Shown here: positions 61,231-64,000 of the stretch, in pieces
How positions within the stretch are numbered: position 1 is the first letter of the stretch
Layout of the letters: each line of letters begins with the position of its first letter
Source: an uncultured Gemmatimonadota bacterium
GTDB taxonomy: Bacteria > Latescibacterota > UBA2968 > UBA8231
Reading direction: 5' to 3'
NCBI GenBank assembly: GCA_903893785.1
Contig: CAITNQ010000314.1
Coordinates: forward strand, 947 to 64,946
DNA length: 64,000 bases
Notes under the pieces: model-generated
What the model saw: only the letters and a program-made list of their open reading frames with translations
Databases searched by the model: none
Told to the model about the DNA's origin: nothing
Translations under genes and position numbers: made by a program

Positions 61231-62223
61231 TCAGGCCGGATCGGCGGTGAGCCCGCCGACGCGGGCGAAAGTGTCATAGGCCCACTGATCCCACTCGGGC
61301 TGGACGCCGATGCCGTGTAGATCGCCGTACCGCGTGGCGATGAAACCGGTCCGGAAGGTGGCCACGAGGTGTTCGGTCTGCTGCTCGATGAACTGCCGAT
61401 CGCCGGTGGGCAGCACCTGTTGGATGTCACAGGGCGAGTACAGCCCCACGCGGTGCTGCTGCAGCTTGGCCGCCAGCGCGGGCATGTCGTACACCGCCGG
61501 TTGGTCGAACTGCAGGCAATCGATCCCGGCTTCGCACAGGTCGTCGATCAACTCCCAGTTGTACCCGCAGGAGTGCTGGATGACCTTCAGGCCATGGGTG
61601 TGGGCACGATGGGTCAAGCGCTCGTACAGTGGGCGGAACACCCGGCGCCACAGGCTGGGACTCATGAGCAGGCGGTCCTGGGTGCCCAGGTCCTCGCAGA
61701 AGAACACGCCGTCCAGACCGGCTTCGCCAAAGCGATCGATGACGCCCTCAAGGAGCGTTGTCACGCGATCGTGCAGGACCGCGATGCGCTCGGGCTCAGT
61801 GAGCAGATCGACGAAGTAGACCTCCATCTTGCGCATGTACCGGCAGATGGCAAAGGGCCAGCCCGGCAGGCTGCCCACGCGGAACAGGTCCGTGTCAGAC
61901 TGGCCGAGTTGGCGGGCAGAGGCGAAGTGCGCGGGGTTGGCCAGATCGGGCAACTCGAGCTGATCGAGCGCCGCCCAGTCGGCGATCAGCGGTCGATGTA
62001 TCTCGCCGCCCTGCGAGAGGCCTTTGACGCGGAACCACTCATTGCCCCAGATATCGGTGTAGAACTCGAAATCGCCGGTCTCCCACCGTCGCGTGGCGAT
62101 GCCGTGGTCGCAGCCGGCCCAGGTGAGGTCGTTCTGCCGAGCCGGGTTGCCGCCGAAGGCATAGCCGATGCGAGGCGGGCGGGCGCCCTCGATGTTGGCG
62201 GTGATCACCTGCCGCGGTGTCAT
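61231..62223 (-). CDS. uroporphyrinogen-decarboxylase (URO-D/MtaA-like) family protein
   Basis: 'GVFFCEDLGTQDRLLMSPSLWRRVFRPLYERL...VIQHSCGYNWELIDDLCEAGIDCLQFDQP' resembles the C-terminal half of URO-D-fold enzymes. Confidence 0.6.
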   Translation of the reverse strand: MTPRQVITANIEGARPPRIGYAFGGNPARQNDLTWAGCDHGIATRRWETGDFEFYTDIWGNEWFRVKGLSQGGEIHRPLIADWAALDQLELPDLANPAHFASARQLGQSDTDLFRVGSLPGWPFAICRYMRKMEVYFVDLLTEPERIAVLHDRVTTLLEGVIDRFGEAGLDGVFFCEDLGTQDRLLMSPSLWRRVFRPLYERLTHRAHTHGLKVIQHSCGYNWELIDDLCEAGIDCLQFDQPAVYDMPALAAKLQQHRVGLYSPCDIQQVLPTGDRQFIEQQTEHLVATFRTGFIATRYGDLHGIGVQPEWDQWAYDTFARVGGLTADPA

Positions 62224-63746
62224 GCGTCAGTCTCCTGGTTGCCGGGAACCTGGTACTCGATGTCTGTCATGCCGTACCCCACCTCGTCGCACAGCAGCGC
62301 CGTGAACCCCATACCGGACGCCGCTGCCGTGACGGCTACCTGCAGCCGATTCACGCCCTCGGCCAGGGTCACCTCGACCTGGTGCTGGCCCAGGGAATGG
62401 CCAGCGCCGGGAGGCGCCGCGACCACCACCTGGCCGTTGAGCCAGACGCGCAGCGAGCCGTTGGCGCTCGCCCACAGCCAGCCACGTTGGGTCCGCCGCG
62501 ACCGCACGTCGGTGATCGCCGTCACACTGTCGCCGCCTCGACCGGCCATGGCTCGTGCCAGGTCAATGTACCGTTCGCCACTGCGGTACACCCAAGTGTC
62601 GCCCGCTGCCTGAAGCTGCCACGCGCGACACCCGCGGGCAACGAAGGGAATGCCTTTGCGGCCTGCGGCGGTGGCGAAGCGGCGGCGCAGGGCCGCCAGC
62701 GGCTGCCCGACCAGGACCGTGTGGTCCAGGTCGAGCACGCCGAACCCCTTGGCCACCGCATAATGCAGGTAGTCCAGGTCTTGGGGGTTGAAACCCATCA
62801 CGGCCGACGCCACGGCATCGGCGGCCACAGGATCAGCGCCGGCGACGACCACATTGTGCTGGATGTTGTCACCCCACTGAGGGCCGTTGCCTTCGGTGCC
62901 CCAGAAGCCTTCGATGACGCAGTAGTCCGCCGGATGGTAGGCGAACAGGTCGATGAACCCCTTCTGGAAGTCACCGTTGTGTACCTCACCCTTGTTGACT
63001 TTGCCCGAAGGATGGGAAGGCAACACACCCACGTAATTCTTCAGCGCCAGCGTTGTACCGCAGGTGTGGGTCTTCATCGCCGGTACCGAGATCAGTCGAT
63101 CGCACTCCAGTACCGCACGTGGCATGTAGTACCCTTGCCGCGGTTGGCCCGTCCCGGGGACAAACGCGCCGCGACCGTACTCTGCCTCGGGCCGCGCTTC
63201 CTCGCCGACGAACTGGCAGGCGCCGATGCCACTGCCATAGGGGTCCGGCACAGGGCCGAAACGGATCTCGTCCTCGTTCAGGTCCACGATGTCCACCAAA
63301 CCCGGATGGGACCGCGCAAACTCGGCGACGATATCGGCGTAGGAAAGGCCGCCAAACTCGGGCCAGTGCACGGTCCAGCCGTCCTCCTTCGCCGGATCGC
63401 TGCTCCGGCGCCACTCGGCGCCTCCTTCGGCGATCGAGATGCGGGCCGGACAACAGCGCTCGACCAGGTACCGGACCAGGGCGTGGATAACGCGTGTGTC
63501 GGTGACCTGTCCGGGATGAGCCACGCCACCATACCAGTACGAGCAGTCGTGGGTCGGCGAAGTGACGATGTTCGGCTTAAGCAGAACCCAGTCGCGTCGC
63601 CGGACCTGCCGCGCCAGAGCCGCCGACGAGGGGTCCAGATCCAGGGCGCGCCAGACAACCGCGCGGACCTGCTCCCGGGTCAGGGCCGCGTCCAGGGGGG
63701 CCCCGGGGCATCCCAGGCCGGGGTCTGCCGACGACGTCAGGCACAC
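62220..63746 (-). CDS. DUF362-domain protein with a C-terminal beta-sandwich-like extension
   Basis: 'VLLKPNIV...', 'ISIAEGG', 'MKTHTCGTTLALKNYVG' and 'IEGFWGTEGNGP' are DUF362-like. ATGA overlap with the downstream gene. Start (GTG at 63746) uncertain. Confidence 0.7.
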   Translation of the reverse strand: MCLTSSADPGLGCPGAPLDAALTREQVRAVVWRALDLDPSSAALARQVRRRDWVLLKPNIVTSPTHDCSYWYGGVAHPGQVTDTRVIHALVRYLVERCCPARISIAEGGAEWRRSSDPAKEDGWTVHWPEFGGLSYADIVAEFARSHPGLVDIVDLNEDEIRFGPVPDPYGSGIGACQFVGEEARPEAEYGRGAFVPGTGQPRQGYYMPRAVLECDRLISVPAMKTHTCGTTLALKNYVGVLPSHPSGKVNKGEVHNGDFQKGFIDLFAYHPADYCVIEGFWGTEGNGPQWGDNIQHNVVVAGADPVAADAVASAVMGFNPQDLDYLHYAVAKGFGVLDLDHTVLVGQPLAALRRRFATAAGRKGIPFVARGCRAWQLQAAGDTWVYRSGERYIDLARAMAGRGGDSVTAITDVRSRRTQRGWLWASANGSLRVWLNGQVVVAAPPGAGHSLGQHQVEVTLAEGVNRLQVAVTAAASGMGFTALLCDEVGYGMTDIEYQVPGNQETDA

Positions 63747-63805
63747 AACGGGGGCCGGTCGCCGTCGGGCGGCCGGACCGACATGGAGCGGAACGCGATC
63801 GTCCG

Positions 63806-64000
63806 TCAGGGCAGGTCTCCTTCCTCAGTTCGGTCCTCGTCCGGCGAAGGCGGCACCGTTTCGTCCAGGTCGTGCATGATCGTCAGGATTTCGTCGCGCC
63901 AGACGGCCGGCGCTTCCACGTGGCCCCAGGTATCCGGGCGCAGGAACACGCCGTCGAAGGCCAGATCGCGGTAGCTTCGCACCAGGTGCGGGATATCACG
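63806..64000 (-). CDS. 3' end of an unidentified gene (5' part outside the window)
   Basis: The minus-strand frame is open from the window edge: 'RDIPHLVRSYRDLAFDGVFLRPDTWGHVEAPAVWRDEILTIMHDLDETVPPSPDEDRTEEGDLP*'. It has normal composition and a stop at 63806-63808. Confidence 0.5.
   Translation of the reverse strand, partial: RDIPHLVRSYRDLAFDGVFLRPDTWGHVEAPAVWRDEILTIMHDLDETVPPSPDEDRTEEGDLP

Overview
High-GC bacterial chromosomal window (by eye about two-thirds to 70% G+C). It holds about 50 credible protein-coding genes, most preceded by GGAGG-type ribosome-binding sites and many translationally coupled through ATGA/GTGA overlaps. I recognised no rRNA, tRNA, CRISPR array, transposase or integrase. 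Many long ORFs in the track are antisense shadows of real genes, a normal high-GC artefact.

Gene content is mostly carbohydrate and central metabolism:
- glycogen phosphorylase
- four Gfo/Idh/MocA oxidoreductases
- two xylose-isomerase-like TIM-barrel enzymes
- GH3, GH95, DUF1080 and YhcH
- transketolase-like enzyme, alkaline phosphatase, PepF, cyclophilin
- fabK-fabF, rsmA, and MFS/DMT/APC/DAACS transporters

This mix, together with strong Shine-Dalgarno use, resembles Planctomycetota/Verrucomicrobiota or FCB-like uncultured lineages. That placement is inference only.

The most unusual region is a co-directional minus-strand block of about 12.5 kb (6593-19111). Three giant signal-peptide proteins carry tandem DxDxDG calcium-loop repeats, discoidin-like segments and C-terminal FlgD-Ig-like tails. 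Two of them are clear paralogs that bracket a 3.7-kb cassette (DUF123/GIY-YIG-like, sugar isomerase, oxidoreductase, sugar isomerase) bounded by GC-rich hairpins. Upstream lie a short AT-rich extended -10 element, a 152-bp tandem repeat, and a pseudo-receiver/HDOD regulator gene.

Other points worth a second look:
- an EndoQ-like PHP nuclease fused to a UvrD/PcrA helicase
- a tandem pair of uncharacterised paralogs coupled to two DMT transporters and an SDR
- a 91-bp triplication of the 3' end of an HD-domain gene
- a PlsB-like acyltransferase / PIG-L deacetylase / double-GNAT trio
- a PHP-DUF3445-small Cys/His protein operon
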